Counted from the stretch's first letter, positions 18,278-27,821 are shown. The stretch is DNA of 62,666 nucleotides from an uncultured Elusimicrobiales bacterium (GCA_964577205.1 CAZNYG010000002.1:3757-66422), one strand, 5' to 3'. Notes: generated by a model from the sequence alone, not told the origin. Program-made: numbers and translations.

Positions 18278-18756
18278 AAACTGAACCTAAGCCCGTCCCG
18301 AAGAACATCCTTTTTGTATGTACCGGCAACGCCTGCCGGTCGGTCATGGCGGAAGCTATTTTTCAGTCAATGATCGAGGCCAGAAAGATAGAAGGGATAA
18401 CGGTCAGTTCCTGCGGCACGAACGCCAATCCGGCGTACCGCGTCCCTCCCGTCGTGGCGCGCCTGCTCGCCGGGAAGGAGATCGACGCCGGCCGTCACGT
18501 TTCGAAGCAGATGAACGAAGAGATGGCCGCCGCGGCCGACCTGATCCTTATCATGGACGAATCGCACCGGCAATTCATCCACACCTGTTTCCCGTCGGTT
18601 GAAGGAAGGACCTTTCTTCTCAAGAAGTATGCCGGTGAAAAGAAACCTTACGAGATCTTCGATCCCATCGGCCAGGCCGACGAAGTTTACGAAGGCACCG
18701 CCGCCGTCATCGAACGGTGCCTGAAGAAAATAATTAAAAAAATAGCAAGCGAGTAA
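18274..18756 (+). CDS. Low-molecular-weight protein phosphatase (YwlE-like arginine/tyrosine phosphatase)
   Basis: CX5R(S/T) P-loop in ILFVCTGNACRSVMAE and a DP motif (FDPIG). The ATG at 18274 overlaps the tsaC stop (ATGA). Confidence 0.85.
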   Translation: MKTEPKPVPKNILFVCTGNACRSVMAEAIFQSMIEARKIEGITVSSCGTNANPAYRVPPVVARLLAGKEIDAGRHVSKQMNEEMAAAADLILIMDESHRQFIHTCFPSVEGRTFLLKKYAGEKKPYEIFDPIGQADEVYEGTAAVIERCLKKIIKKIASE

Positions 18757-18760
18757 GAGT

Positions 18761-18982
18761 CATTGTAAATTTCAAATTGAGTCGATTGAAAAAGTCTTTT
18801 GTGTGTCATTCCCGCGAAAGCGGGAATCCATGAATACCGTCGATGATGGATCCCCGACGACTTCCATTATGTGGACATGAATGAAGTCCCGCATCCGCGG
18901 GTTAAAGACCTTCGTGGATGACAACAAGTCGAAAAGCAGGGGTTTTTCAATAGACTCAATTTGCGATTTGGAATTTGAAACG
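18761..18982. repeat. MITE-like unit: 21-bp terminal inverted repeats around a ~150-nt hairpin-rich core
   Basis: caaattgagtcgattgaaaaa (18773-18793) against tttttcaatagactcaatttg (18943-18963), with 20 of 21 positions complementary. The core contains the hairpin attcccgc gaaa gcgggaat (18808-18827). The right flank carries family-C words (ttgcgatttggaatttgaaacg). Confidence 0.7.
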
Positions 18983-19011
18983 TATTGCTACTCATATTTA
19001 AGGAGATTCAC

Positions 19012-20244
19012 ATGAGCTACATCGCCGGTCAGGACCCTGAAGTCTATGCCATCATACAGAAGGAAATGGAACGCGAGAAGAACACCCTTGAACGGATCGC
19101 TTCCGAGAACCATACCTCACTTGCCGTCATGGAAGCTCAGGGATAGGTGCTGACCAATAAATACGCCGAAGGTTATCCGGGCAGGCGTTATTACGGCGGC
19201 TGCGAGTTCGTGGACATGGCGGAGAACCTGGCCATAAAGCGGGCGAAGGAACTGTTCGGCGCCGAACATGTGAACGTCCAGCCGCATTCCGGCTCCCAAG
19301 CGAATATCGCCAGCTATTTCGCTCTTCTTAACAACGGAGATACTATTCTGGGCATGAACCTGGCGCACGGCGGCCATCTCACCCACGGCAGCCCCGTAAA
19401 TTTTTCCGGGAAGAACTACAAGATCGTTCCCTATACCGTCCGCCAGGACACGGAATGCATCGACTATGACGAAATGGAACGCCTCGCGAAAGAACACAAA
19501 CCCCGCATGATCGTTACCGGAGCGAGCGCGTATTCGCGCGTCTGGGACTGGAAGCGCATCCGTGGGATCGCAGACGGCGTCGGCGCGTACCTGTTCGCGG
19601 ACATCGCGCATTACGCCGGCCTTATCGCTGCGGGCATCTATCCTTCCGCCGTCCCGTACGCGGACGTAGTGACGACCACGACCCACAAAACGCTGCGCGG
19701 CCCGCGCGCCGGCATGATCATGTGCAGGGAACAGTACGCGAAGGCGATCGATAAAGCGGTTTTCCCCGGAACGCAGGGCGGCCCGCTGATGCATGTCATC
19801 GCGGCCAAGGCTGTCGCGTTCGGAGAGGCCCTCAAACCTGAATTCAAGACCTATCAGGAACAGGTGCTTAAAAATGCCCGCGCTTTTGCCGCCGCGCTGT
19901 CAAAAGGCGGCCTGCGCATCGTGTCCGGGGGCACTGACTGCCATATGTTCCTTGTGGACGTCCGCTCTCTCGGCATCAACGGCAGGGAAGCGCAGGACAT
20001 TCTCGAAAAAGTGCATATAACCGCGAACCGCAACGCCATACCCTACGATCCGGAGAAACCCGCGATAACTTCGGGCGTGCGCATCGGGACGCCGGCGGTC
20101 ACCACCCGCGGCATGAAAGAGCGCGATATCGAAGTCCTCGCGGACTGCATCGTGACCGCCCTGAAGGACCGCGCGGACGAGGCGAAACTGTCCGCCGTGA
20201 CCGAAAGGGTCCTCGCCCTCTGCCGCCAGTTTCCCCTTTACTGA
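19012..20244 (+). pseudogene. glyA: Serine hydroxymethyltransferase interrupted by an in-frame TAG at codon 45 (19144-19146)
   Basis: The ATG at 19012 has AAGGAG upstream. The N-terminus reads ...[41 protein letters not shown], where the SHMTs I recall have Ser at that position. Downstream is the PLP-Lys motif [14 protein letters not shown]. The ORF track only lists 19147-20244. Confidence 0.88.
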
Positions 20245-20450
20245 TAGTGAGTAAGTGAGTAGGGGAGTAAGTGAGTAAGGAACGACAATGAATAAAAGCG
20301 ATATGAGAAAACAACAACGATATTATGAGGCAGAAAAGATTTCAAGGGCAAATAATGATGTCAGTAAAGCAATTCGCCGGTGTCGCTGTTTTCTGCTTAT
20401 TTCGTTTTTGATGTCCCCTTACTCACTTACTCGCTTACTCACTTTCTCAC
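20242..20450. repeat. 34-bp imperfect inverted repeat of gtgagtaa octamers (family B) around an AT-rich ~134-nt core
   Basis: Left arm gtgagtaagtgagtaggggagtaagtgagtaagg (20247-20280). Right arm ccccttactcacttactcgcttactcactttctcac (20415-20450). By hand alignment, 31 of 34 positions are complementary. The glyA stop is the triple in-frame TGA TAG TGA at 20242-20250. Confidence 0.85.
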
Positions 20451-20463
20451 TTTTATTGTAATT

Positions 20464-21474
20464 ATGCTTTTCTTCCTTGCGTTCATGTTTGCATTGATTG
20501 GGACGGTGTTCTTTACGCCGGCCTCGGTACGCCTCGCGCGCAGGTTCGGGGTGCTGGATTATCCCATGGCCCGTAAAGTCCACCGCCAGCCGGTCCCGAG
20601 ATGGGGCGGGATCGGTATCTATTGCGGTTTTCTATCGGCCTTGACGGCGGCCACTCTGTTCTTTCCGTCTTTCCGGGACCTGCTGGCCATGAGGGGAGGA
20701 GGACTTCTCCGGCAGCTGGCGGGCATCCTGTTCGGCGGCGGTCTCGTGTTCGTCCTGGGCCTGATCGACGACCGGAAGCCCGTGAACGCCTTATCGAAAC
20801 TGCTTACCCAGATCATCGCGGCGTATATTGCCATGGATTTCGGCGTCCGTATCAGCGGGATCACACTTCCTTTTCATCAGGCATATTTCGCTTTCCCTCT
20901 TATCCTGAGCGAGGTCATAACGGTGTTCTGGATCATCGGTTTCATGAACACGATCAACCTCGTTGACGGGCTCGACGGGCTGGCGTCCGGCATCGTTGCG
21001 ATCGCGTCCGGAACGTTCTTTATCGTCGCCCTTCTCCAGCGGCAGGCCGCCACGGCGGCACTGGCCAACCAGCTGACGATGGCCGCGGTCCTTGCCGCGG
21101 GATTGACCGGAGCGTGCCTGGGATTCCTTCTGTTCAATTTTCATCCGGCGCGGGTTTTCATGGGAGATTCGGGCGCGCTGTTCCTCGGCTTCATGCTGGC
21201 CGCCATAAGCACCGTCGGCACGTTGAAGAGTACCGCGTTCATGGCGATATTCATCCCGATCACGGTCGTGGCCCTGCCGATCATGGATGTCGCTCTTTCG
21301 ATCTTCCGCAGAATGAGGCAGGGATACGGCGTCATGCAGCCGGACAAGGACCATATCCATCACCATCTGCTGCGTTTCGGCTGGACCCATCGCGAGGTGG
21401 TGCTGTTGATGTACGTCTTCACTCTGCTTCTCGCGATCGGCTCGATACTCCTGACGGTGTTCAAGGGAACGTAA
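20464..21474 (+). CDS. Glycosyltransferase family 4 (MraY/WecA/TagO-like undecaprenyl-phosphate sugar-phosphate transferase)
   Basis: Polytopic membrane protein with NTINLVDGLDGLASG and VFMGDSGALFLGF motifs. The start is placed at 20464, downstream of the repeat arm; the ORF track begins at 20380. Confidence 0.85.
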   Translation: MLFFLAFMFALIGTVFFTPASVRLARRFGVLDYPMARKVHRQPVPRWGGIGIYCGFLSALTAATLFFPSFRDLLAMRGGGLLRQLAGILFGGGLVFVLGLIDDRKPVNALSKLLTQIIAAYIAMDFGVRISGITLPFHQAYFAFPLILSEVITVFWIIGFMNTINLVDGLDGLASGIVAIASGTFFIVALLQRQAATAALANQLTMAAVLAAGLTGACLGFLLFNFHPARVFMGDSGALFLGFMLAAISTVGTLKSTAFMAIFIPITVVALPIMDVALSIFRRMRQGYGVMQPDKDHIHHHLLRFGWTHREVVLLMYVFTLLLAIGSILLTVFKGT

Positions 21475-21478
21475 GAAG

Positions 21479-21514
21479 GCATTGCAAATCGTAAATCGCA
21501 AATCGCACATTGAG
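21479..21514. repeat. gcaaatc word array (family C) just after the GT4 gene stop
   Basis: gcattgcaaatcgtaaatcgcaaatcgcacattgag. The weak inverse ttcaatttgaaatt lies at 21592-21605. Confidence 0.6.
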
Positions 21515-21627
21515 AGACAAGGCAAAGGCATTATAGAACAAAACCGGTAAGTGTTATTCTTCCTTTGCGAATAAACCATGTCGTTATGCCGTTCAATTTG
21601 AAATTATTAATGTCTCCCAGGGGTTTT

Positions 21628-22812
21628 ATGAAAAAAAAGATCATGCTGGTGTTCGGGACGCGGCCGGAGGCCATTAAAATGGCGCCGGTTATCGAGGAGT
21701 TGAAGGCCGGGAAAGAAGAGTTTTCCGTCGTCGTCTGTGTCACGGCGCAGCACCGGCAGATGCTGGACGAGGTGCTGAGCATATTCCGCATCCGCCCCGA
21801 ACACGATCTCAATATCATGCAGGACGGCCAGACGCTTTATCACATCACTTCAGCCGCTCTCTGCCGCATGGAGAAAGTCTTGAGCGGGGAAAAGCCCGAC
21901 CTGGTGCTCGTTCACGGCGATACTACGACGACGTTCGCCGCCACGCTCGCCGCGTTCTATCAGAAAATACCGGTGGGCCATGTCGAAGCGGGGCTCCGCT
22001 CGTACGACCGCCGCCAGCCGTTCCCGGAAGAGGCGAACCGCCTTTTGACGGACGCGCTGTGCGACCTGTATTTCGCTCCCACGGAGACGTCGCGCAAAGC
22101 GCTCCGGAAGGAGAATGTTCCCGACGAACGCATTTTCATCACCGGGAACACCGTCATTGACGCGCTGTACCGCGTGCTGGAACGCGGGGCGGCGTTCACG
22201 CATCCCCTGCTTAAACACCTGTTCGCGGACGGAGCGCGGCCTTTCCCCGGGAATATCATCCTGGTCACCGCTCATCGCCGGGAAAATTTCGGCGCTCCGC
22301 TCGAAAATGCTTTCCGGGCACTGCGCCGGATCGCGGAGGATCACCCCGACGTCCGCGTCTTCTATCCCGTGCATCTGAACCCCAACGTGCAGCAGCCGGC
22401 TCATGCCATTCTCGGAGGCACTGCCAATATCCATCTGCTCCCTCCCCTTTCCTATACCGACCTGGCCGGGCTTATGTCACGTTCCCATATCGTCGTTACG
22501 GATTCGGGCGGCCTGCAGGAAGAAGCTCCTTCGCTTGGCAAACCGGTGCTGGTGCTCCGCGCGGTGACCGAGCGGCCTGAAGCGGTCCGCGCAGGCACCG
22601 TAGATCTGGTCGGGACCGACGAAGAGAAAGTTTACCGGTCGATAGCGGAACTGCTGCGCGGCGGCAGGCGCCTTTCGCGCATGGCGCGGTCGGTGAACCC
22701 TTACGGCGATGGGAAAGCCGCGTCGCGGACGGTGGAAGCGATCCGGTACTATTTCAAGATGCGCCGTACCCGCCCGGCGCCGTTCATCCCCGGGAAAGCG
22801 AAGAGATCATGA
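21628..22812 (+). CDS. wecB: UDP-N-acetylglucosamine 2-epimerase (non-hydrolysing)
   Basis: KIMLVFGTRPEAIKMAPV, HVEAGLRS and TDSGGLQEEAPSLGKPVLVLR motifs. The start is chosen at the canonical N-terminus (21628). Confidence 0.92.
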   Translation: MKKKIMLVFGTRPEAIKMAPVIEELKAGKEEFSVVVCVTAQHRQMLDEVLSIFRIRPEHDLNIMQDGQTLYHITSAALCRMEKVLSGEKPDLVLVHGDTTTTFAATLAAFYQKIPVGHVEAGLRSYDRRQPFPEEANRLLTDALCDLYFAPTETSRKALRKENVPDERIFITGNTVIDALYRVLERGAAFTHPLLKHLFADGARPFPGNIILVTAHRRENFGAPLENAFRALRRIAEDHPDVRVFYPVHLNPNVQQPAHAILGGTANIHLLPPLSYTDLAGLMSRSHIVVTDSGGLQEEAPSLGKPVLVLRAVTERPEAVRAGTVDLVGTDEEKVYRSIAELLRGGRRLSRMARSVNPYGDGKAASRTVEAIRYYFKMRRTRPAPFIPGKAKRS

Positions 22813-23981
22813 AACGCATCGTTCTCAAGCCCGGTGAAGAGGAACGGTCCCTCGCGGGCCATCTGTGGGTCTTTTCGAATGAGATAGCGCGTGTCGAGGA
22901 TGCCCCTGAGGCCGGCGATATAGTTGGCATGGTATCCTCGCGCGGAGCGTTCCTGGGACAGGGATTCTACAATCCTCATTCCCTGATCTCGTTCCGTATG
23001 CTGTCGCGGGACGACCGCCCGATCGACGCCGCTTTCTGGGACGAAAAGCTTTCCCGCGCCGGCGGCCTGAGATCGCGGGCGTATCCCGGGGCGCGTTCTT
23101 TCCGGGCCGTGTTCGGGGAATCGGACGGGCTGCCGGGACTCATCGTCGATAAATATGAACAGTATCTCGCCGTGCAATTCCTGTCCGCCGGCCTTGAAAA
23201 ACATCAGGCCGCGATCGTCGCCGCGCTGCGCCGCGTGTTCGATCCTCGGGGCATCATCGCCCGCAACGATTCGGCGCTCCGCAAACTTGAAGGCCTCGAA
23301 GAGGCCGTCAAAGTGATCTCCGGCGCCGTTCCCGAACGCGTGCAGATAGAAGAGAACGGCATCCGGTATCAGGCCGATCTCAGGGGAGGCCAGAAAACGG
23401 GTTTTTTCTTTGATCAGAGAGACAACCGGCGCGTGTTCGCGCAATACTGCAAAGGGAAACGGGTGCTGGACGCTTTCTGCCATACGGGGGGCTTCGGCAT
23501 CAGCGCCGCGCTCGCGGGCGCGACTTCGGTGACCTGGATGGACGCGTCGCGGCAGGCTCTCGCGCTCGCCGAAGAGAACGCGTCGTTGAACGGACTTTCA
23601 TCGATGTTTGCCGGCATATGCGGCGACGCCATGGATTATTTTGCCGACACTCCGGCGGGTACGGGCAAATTTGATATAATCAATATCGACCCTCCGGCTC
23701 TGATAAAGAACAAAAAACATATCCCGGCGGGCTATCGCGCGTATCGTTCGTTGAACGCCCATGCCCTGATGATGCTCGACACGGGGGGCATACTTGCCGC
23801 CAGTTCCTGCTCGCATCATCTCGCTCCAGAAGATTTTCGCCGCATGCTGCGGGAAGCGGCCGGCAAAGCGCGGCGTCAGGTGCGGCTGCTCGAGCTGAGA
23901 TCGCAGGCCGGAGACCATCCCGTGATCCTGTCGATGCCCGAGACGGAATACCTGAAGTTCGCGATGGTGGAAGTCATTTAA
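22809..23981 (+). CDS. Class I SAM-dependent rRNA methyltransferase with N-terminal PUA-like domain (RlmI-like)
   Basis: N-terminus HLWVFSNEI (PUA-like), SAM fold LDAFCHTGGFG and NIDPPA. ATGA overlap with wecB. Confidence 0.8.
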   Translation: MKRIVLKPGEEERSLAGHLWVFSNEIARVEDAPEAGDIVGMVSSRGAFLGQGFYNPHSLISFRMLSRDDRPIDAAFWDEKLSRAGGLRSRAYPGARSFRAVFGESDGLPGLIVDKYEQYLAVQFLSAGLEKHQAAIVAALRRVFDPRGIIARNDSALRKLEGLEEAVKVISGAVPERVQIEENGIRYQADLRGGQKTGFFFDQRDNRRVFAQYCKGKRVLDAFCHTGGFGISAALAGATSVTWMDASRQALALAEENASLNGLSSMFAGICGDAMDYFADTPAGTGKFDIINIDPPALIKNKKHIPAGYRAYRSLNAHALMMLDTGGILAASSCSHHLAPEDFRRMLREAAGKARRQVRLLELRSQAGDHPVILSMPETEYLKFAMVEVI

Positions 23982-23982
23982 G

Positions 23983-24013
23983 GCTGTCAGCGATCAGCAG
24001 TGCGAGTGCAGAG
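23983..24013. repeat. cagc/gcag word array (family F) directly after the methyltransferase stop
   Basis: gctgtcagcgatcagcagtgcgagtgcagag. Confidence 0.5.
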
Positions 24014-24021
24014 AAAGTAAG

Positions 24022-24115
24022 GGCGTTCATTGGTTCATTAGTTCATTGGAGAGTCAACGCCATTGTAACGACCGGTTTGTACTAATGAACAAGTGAACAA
24101 ATCAACCAATGAACG
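24022..24115. repeat. Inverted pair of gttcatt word arrays (family A) upstream of queF
   Basis: Left arm ggcgttcattggttcattagttcattgg (24022-24049). The right arm contains atgaacaagtgaacaaatcaaccaatgaacg (24085-24115). 24 of 28 positions are complementary. The right arm is identical to the reverse complement of 6386-6416. Confidence 0.85.
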
Positions 24116-24131
24116 CCGTTGAGGTATAAGA

Positions 24132-24548
24132 ATGAAAAAAACAACCAGGAAAAAACTCTCCGCTTTAAGACCCGTGTTCGCGAAGGTATCCCCGTCGCTG
24201 CTTGAGGTGATGCCGTATGAGTACGCGGGCAGGACCATCGATATAGCGGTTGAAACCGACGAGTTCACCTGTCTGTGCCCCTGGTCGGGTTTGCCCGATT
24301 TCGCCCATCTTACCATTACGTACGCGCCGGCGGCAGTCGTTATCGAGCTGAAATCGCTCAAATATTATCTGCAGTCGTACCGGATGGTCGGCATGGTGCA
24401 CGAGAGCGTCGTCAACCGCATTCTTGAAGATCTCGTCGCGGTCGCTCATCCCCGCTCGATGGCCGTGGAACTGGTTTTCGGCGTGCGCGGAGGCATTACG
24501 ACAACGGTCGCGGCGCAGTATGGGGAGAAAAGCAAACATAAAATGTAA
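24132..24548 (+). CDS. queF: NADPH-dependent 7-cyano-7-deazaguanine reductase
   Basis: Catalytic Cys context EFTCLCPWSGLPDFA and the QueF motif ELKSLKYYLQSYR. Confidence 0.9.
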   Translation: MKKTTRKKLSALRPVFAKVSPSLLEVMPYEYAGRTIDIAVETDEFTCLCPWSGLPDFAHLTITYAPAAVVIELKSLKYYLQSYRMVGMVHESVVNRILEDLVAVAHPRSMAVELVFGVRGGITTTVAAQYGEKSKHKM

Positions 24549-24570
24549 AATAAAAAGTATAAAATAAAGG
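24537..24570. repeat. ataaaat/atgtaaaa word array (family D) overlapping the queF stop
   Basis: cataaaatgtaaaataaaaagtataaaataaagg. Confidence 0.55.
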
Positions 24571-24632
24571 CGAGAACGGACGGAAGTCAACGGCAGTACA
24601 GGCTGCTTTAACGCTGCTGACAGAGGAATTGA

Positions 24633-25985
24633 ATGTTTAAAAAGATCCAGCATATCCATTTTGTCGGCATCGGCGGGTCCGGTATGTCCGGTATCGCCGA
24701 AGTCCTTGTCACGCTCGGGTACCGTGTCAGCGGTTCCGATCTCAGGAAGACGGAAACGACTGAACACCTGAGGAAACAGGGCGCGAAGATATTCATCGGG
24801 CATGAGGAGAAGAACATAAAAGGCGCCGATGTCGTCGTGACGTCGACCGCGGTGGACCGCGGCAACCCCGAAGTGAAGGCCGCGGTAAAGGCGAAGGTCC
24901 CGGTCATCCCGCGCATCGAAATGCTGGCCGAACTGGCACGCCTGAAATACGCTGTCACGATCGCCGGCACGCACGGCAAGACAACGACGACGTCCCTGGC
25001 CTCGCTCATCCTCCAGAAGGGCGGCCTTGATCCGACGATCGTGATCGGCGGGAGACTGAAGAACCTGAAAAGCGGAGCGCGCCTCGGCAGGGGCGAATAC
25101 CTGGTGGCGGAGGCCGACGAGTCCGACGGTTCGTTCCTGAAACTCTCCCCGACAGTCACCGTCGTCACCAATATCGACAACGACCATCTCGACTATTACG
25201 GCACGCTCGAGAACATCAGGCGAGCTTTTGTGCGCCATATAAACAGTGTCCCATTCTACGGGTGCGCCGTGCTGTGTTCCGACGACGCGAACGTGCGCGG
25301 GATCATTCCGGAAATGAAACGCCGCTACGTCACCTACGGCCTTGAGGGAAAGCCGGATTATACGGCCGCGGAGATCAAACCCCTGGAGTGCGGTTCAAGT
25401 TTCCAGGTTATCGCCGGCGGAAAGAAAAAGGGGGCGATCGCTCTGCGCGTTCCGGGACGTCACAATATCCTGAACGCGCTCGCCGCCGCCGCGGTGGGGC
25501 TTGAACTCGGCATCCCGTTCCCAAGTATCGCCGAAGCGCTGGGCGAATATGCCGGCGTCGGCCGCCGCCTGGAGATCAAAGGCGATAAAAGCGGTGTTCT
25601 TGTTATCGACGATTACGGCCATCATCCAACCGAAATTAAAGCTACGATCGCGGCTGTCAAGGGCAGCTGGCCTCGCCGTAAACTGACCGTTCTTTTCCAG
25701 CCGCACCGCTACAGCCGTACCGCTCATCTCTACCGGGAGTTCGCCGGCGTGTTCGATGCCGCGGACAATATTCAGCTGCTTGATATCTATCCCGCGGGAG
25801 AACAACCGGTCCCCGGCGTCACCAGCCAGCTCATATACGAGATCATGAAAGACCGCGGCCTTCCCGTGGAACACTACAAGGGAGTCGAGCTTCTCGCGAA
25901 ACGCGTCACCGACGGTGACATCGTTCTCACGCTGGGAGCGGGCGACGTATGGAAACAGGGCGAAGAACTCCTCAAAATGATATAG
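24633..25985 (+). CDS. murC: UDP-N-acetylmuramate--L-alanine ligase
   Basis: HFVGIGGSGMSGIAEVL and GTHGKTTTTS motifs. Ends in TAG. Confidence 0.95.
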   Translation: MFKKIQHIHFVGIGGSGMSGIAEVLVTLGYRVSGSDLRKTETTEHLRKQGAKIFIGHEEKNIKGADVVVTSTAVDRGNPEVKAAVKAKVPVIPRIEMLAELARLKYAVTIAGTHGKTTTTSLASLILQKGGLDPTIVIGGRLKNLKSGARLGRGEYLVAEADESDGSFLKLSPTVTVVTNIDNDHLDYYGTLENIRRAFVRHINSVPFYGCAVLCSDDANVRGIIPEMKRRYVTYGLEGKPDYTAAEIKPLECGSSFQVIAGGKKKGAIALRVPGRHNILNALAAAAVGLELGIPFPSIAEALGEYAGVGRRLEIKGDKSGVLVIDDYGHHPTEIKATIAAVKGSWPRRKLTVLFQPHRYSRTAHLYREFAGVFDAADNIQLLDIYPAGEQPVPGVTSQLIYEIMKDRGLPVEHYKGVELLAKRVTDGDIVLTLGAGDVWKQGEELLKMI

Positions 25986-26869
25986 CCGCGCGTCTCGCGG
26001 AAGCTTCCGGAGGGCCGGTCCGCCGCGACGAGCCTCTCGCGCCGCTCACGACCTATCGTATAGGAGGTCCCGCGCTTTATTTCGCGGAGGCCCCTTCCCG
26101 CCGGGGCCTGGCGCTTCTGCTGCGGGCCGTCCGTACGCTTCAGCTTCCGTATGTGATTTTGGGCGGAGGCTCCAACGTACTTTTCGGCGACAACGGTTTC
26201 CCCGGCGTTGTTATACGCCTGACCGGCGATTTTAACGCCTGGCGGCTTGAAGGGGATACCCTTGTCGCGGGAGCAGGAACGCCGCTGGCGCTGCTCGTGA
26301 AAAAAACAGCGGAGCTGGGTTTCGGCGGGCTGGAACCGCTTGCCGGTATCCCGGGCACGCTGGGCGGCGCCGTTATGGGCAATGCCGGCACGAAAGAAGG
26401 ATGGATCGGCGATCTCCTTGCGGGCGTTGACATCCTCACGGAAAACGGGGAAATGCTTACCCGGAACCGTTCCGATATAAATTTTGCCTACCGTTCTTCG
26501 GGATTGGAAAACACCGTCATACTGGGCGCCTCGTTCCACTTGAAAAAGGGGCAAAAAAATGATATTGTTACTGAAATAAATAATCGCCTGTCCCGTCGTG
26601 AGGAGTCTCAGCCGCAGGGAACGGGCAATGCCGGTTCGGTTTTTAAAAATCCGCCGGGAGACAGCGCCGGGCGTTTGATCGAGTCCGCGGGGTTAAAGGG
26701 GGCTCGGTGCGGCGGCGCCGTCGTCTCCGATAAACACGCCAACTTCATCATCAACACCGGCCACGCTTCCGCCCAGGACGTACGCACGCTGATTTCCATT
26801 ATCCAAAAGAAAGTACGGGAGACGTTCAACGTCCCGCTGGAGCCGGAAATTAAAATTTTTGGAGATTGA
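25949..26869 (+). CDS. murB: UDP-N-acetylenolpyruvoylglucosamine reductase
   Basis: TTYRIGGPA, GGGSN, GNAGSVFKNP and the C-terminal EPEIKIFG. Overlaps murC by 37 nt. Confidence 0.92.
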   Translation: METGRRTPQNDIAARLAEASGGPVRRDEPLAPLTTYRIGGPALYFAEAPSRRGLALLLRAVRTLQLPYVILGGGSNVLFGDNGFPGVVIRLTGDFNAWRLEGDTLVAGAGTPLALLVKKTAELGFGGLEPLAGIPGTLGGAVMGNAGTKEGWIGDLLAGVDILTENGEMLTRNRSDINFAYRSSGLENTVILGASFHLKKGQKNDIVTEINNRLSRREESQPQGTGNAGSVFKNPPGDSAGRLIESAGLKGARCGGAVVSDKHANFIINTGHASAQDVRTLISIIQKKVRETFNVPLEPEIKIFGD

Positions 26870-26876
26870 CGCCAAA

Positions 26877-27821
26877 GTGAATATACGCCAGTGGATCAAG
26901 TCGCACAGGATAGCGGTGTTGTACGGCGGGACCTCGTCGGAAAGGGAGATCTCGCTCGCGTCGGGAAAAGCGGTGCTGAAAGCTCTTGTCGCCGCCGGCG
27001 CCGATGCCGTCGGTATCGACGCAGGACGGGACTTGCCGCTTCGGATCGCGCGGAAAAAGATCGATTTCGCGTATATCGCACTGCACGGGCCTATGGGTGA
27101 AGACGGGACGGTACAGGGGCTGCTTGAAGTGATGGGCATTCCCTATGCCGGGTGCGGTGTGCTCGCCAGCGCCATTTCGATGGACAAGGAACACACAAAG
27201 ATCGTCTGCGCCCGGGCGGGGCTCCCGACGCCCGCATGGCGGACCGTGCGCGCCGGCGAAAAGGTTCCCGCCGGGAAGCTTCCCGTCGTGGTCAAGCCGG
27301 CTTCTCAGGGTTCGGCTATCGGCGTTTCCATCGTGCGCCGGCGCAAAGAGCTCGCGGCGGCGCTAAGTGACGCGTTCCGCCACGATACGCGGGTCCTGGT
27401 CGAGGAGTATATTCCCGGCACGGAGATCACGGCCGGCATCCTGGGCGGCGCGCCCATGCCGGTGATCGAGATCGTTCCCAAAGGCTCATTCTACGATTTT
27501 GAATCGAAATATCAGCCCGGACGGTCAACGCATCTCATTCCGCCGCGCCTGCCGAAAAAGACGGTCGCGGATATTCAGAAACTGGCGCTGGCGGCGTTCC
27601 GGGCAATAGGGTGCAGGGCCATGGCGCGTGTCGATATGATCGTCGACCGCGGCCTGCGTCCGTGGATACTGGAGATCAACACAATCCCGGGCATGACTGA
27701 AACCTCACTTTTCCCAGACGCCGCCAAGGCAATGGGGATGGATTTCACCGGTCTGGTGCTGAAGATCATCGAGTGTTCGTTGCCGTCGGCGCGGCAGGAT
27801 GTCCGCCGGGCAAAAAAATGA
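26877..27821 (+). CDS. ddl: D-alanine--D-alanine ligase
   Basis: IAVLYGGTSSEREISL, KPASQGSAIGV and EINTIPGMT. The start is non-ATG. I chose the GTG at 26877, which has GGAGA upstream; the ORF track starts at the TTG at 26859. Confidence 0.92.
   Translation: MNIRQWIKSHRIAVLYGGTSSEREISLASGKAVLKALVAAGADAVGIDAGRDLPLRIARKKIDFAYIALHGPMGEDGTVQGLLEVMGIPYAGCGVLASAISMDKEHTKIVCARAGLPTPAWRTVRAGEKVPAGKLPVVVKPASQGSAIGVSIVRRRKELAAALSDAFRHDTRVLVEEYIPGTEITAGILGGAPMPVIEIVPKGSFYDFESKYQPGRSTHLIPPRLPKKTVADIQKLALAAFRAIGCRAMARVDMIVDRGLRPWILEINTIPGMTETSLFPDAAKAMGMDFTGLVLKIIECSLPSARQDVRRAKK

Noticed and set aside
19144-19146. Genome-wide reassignment of TAG as a sense codon to explain the glyA interruption
   Set aside because: TAG terminates aroE (8835-8837, complement), murC (25983-25985), ftsZ (31176-31178) and the large ORF (3625-3627) at positions consistent with normal protein C-termini.
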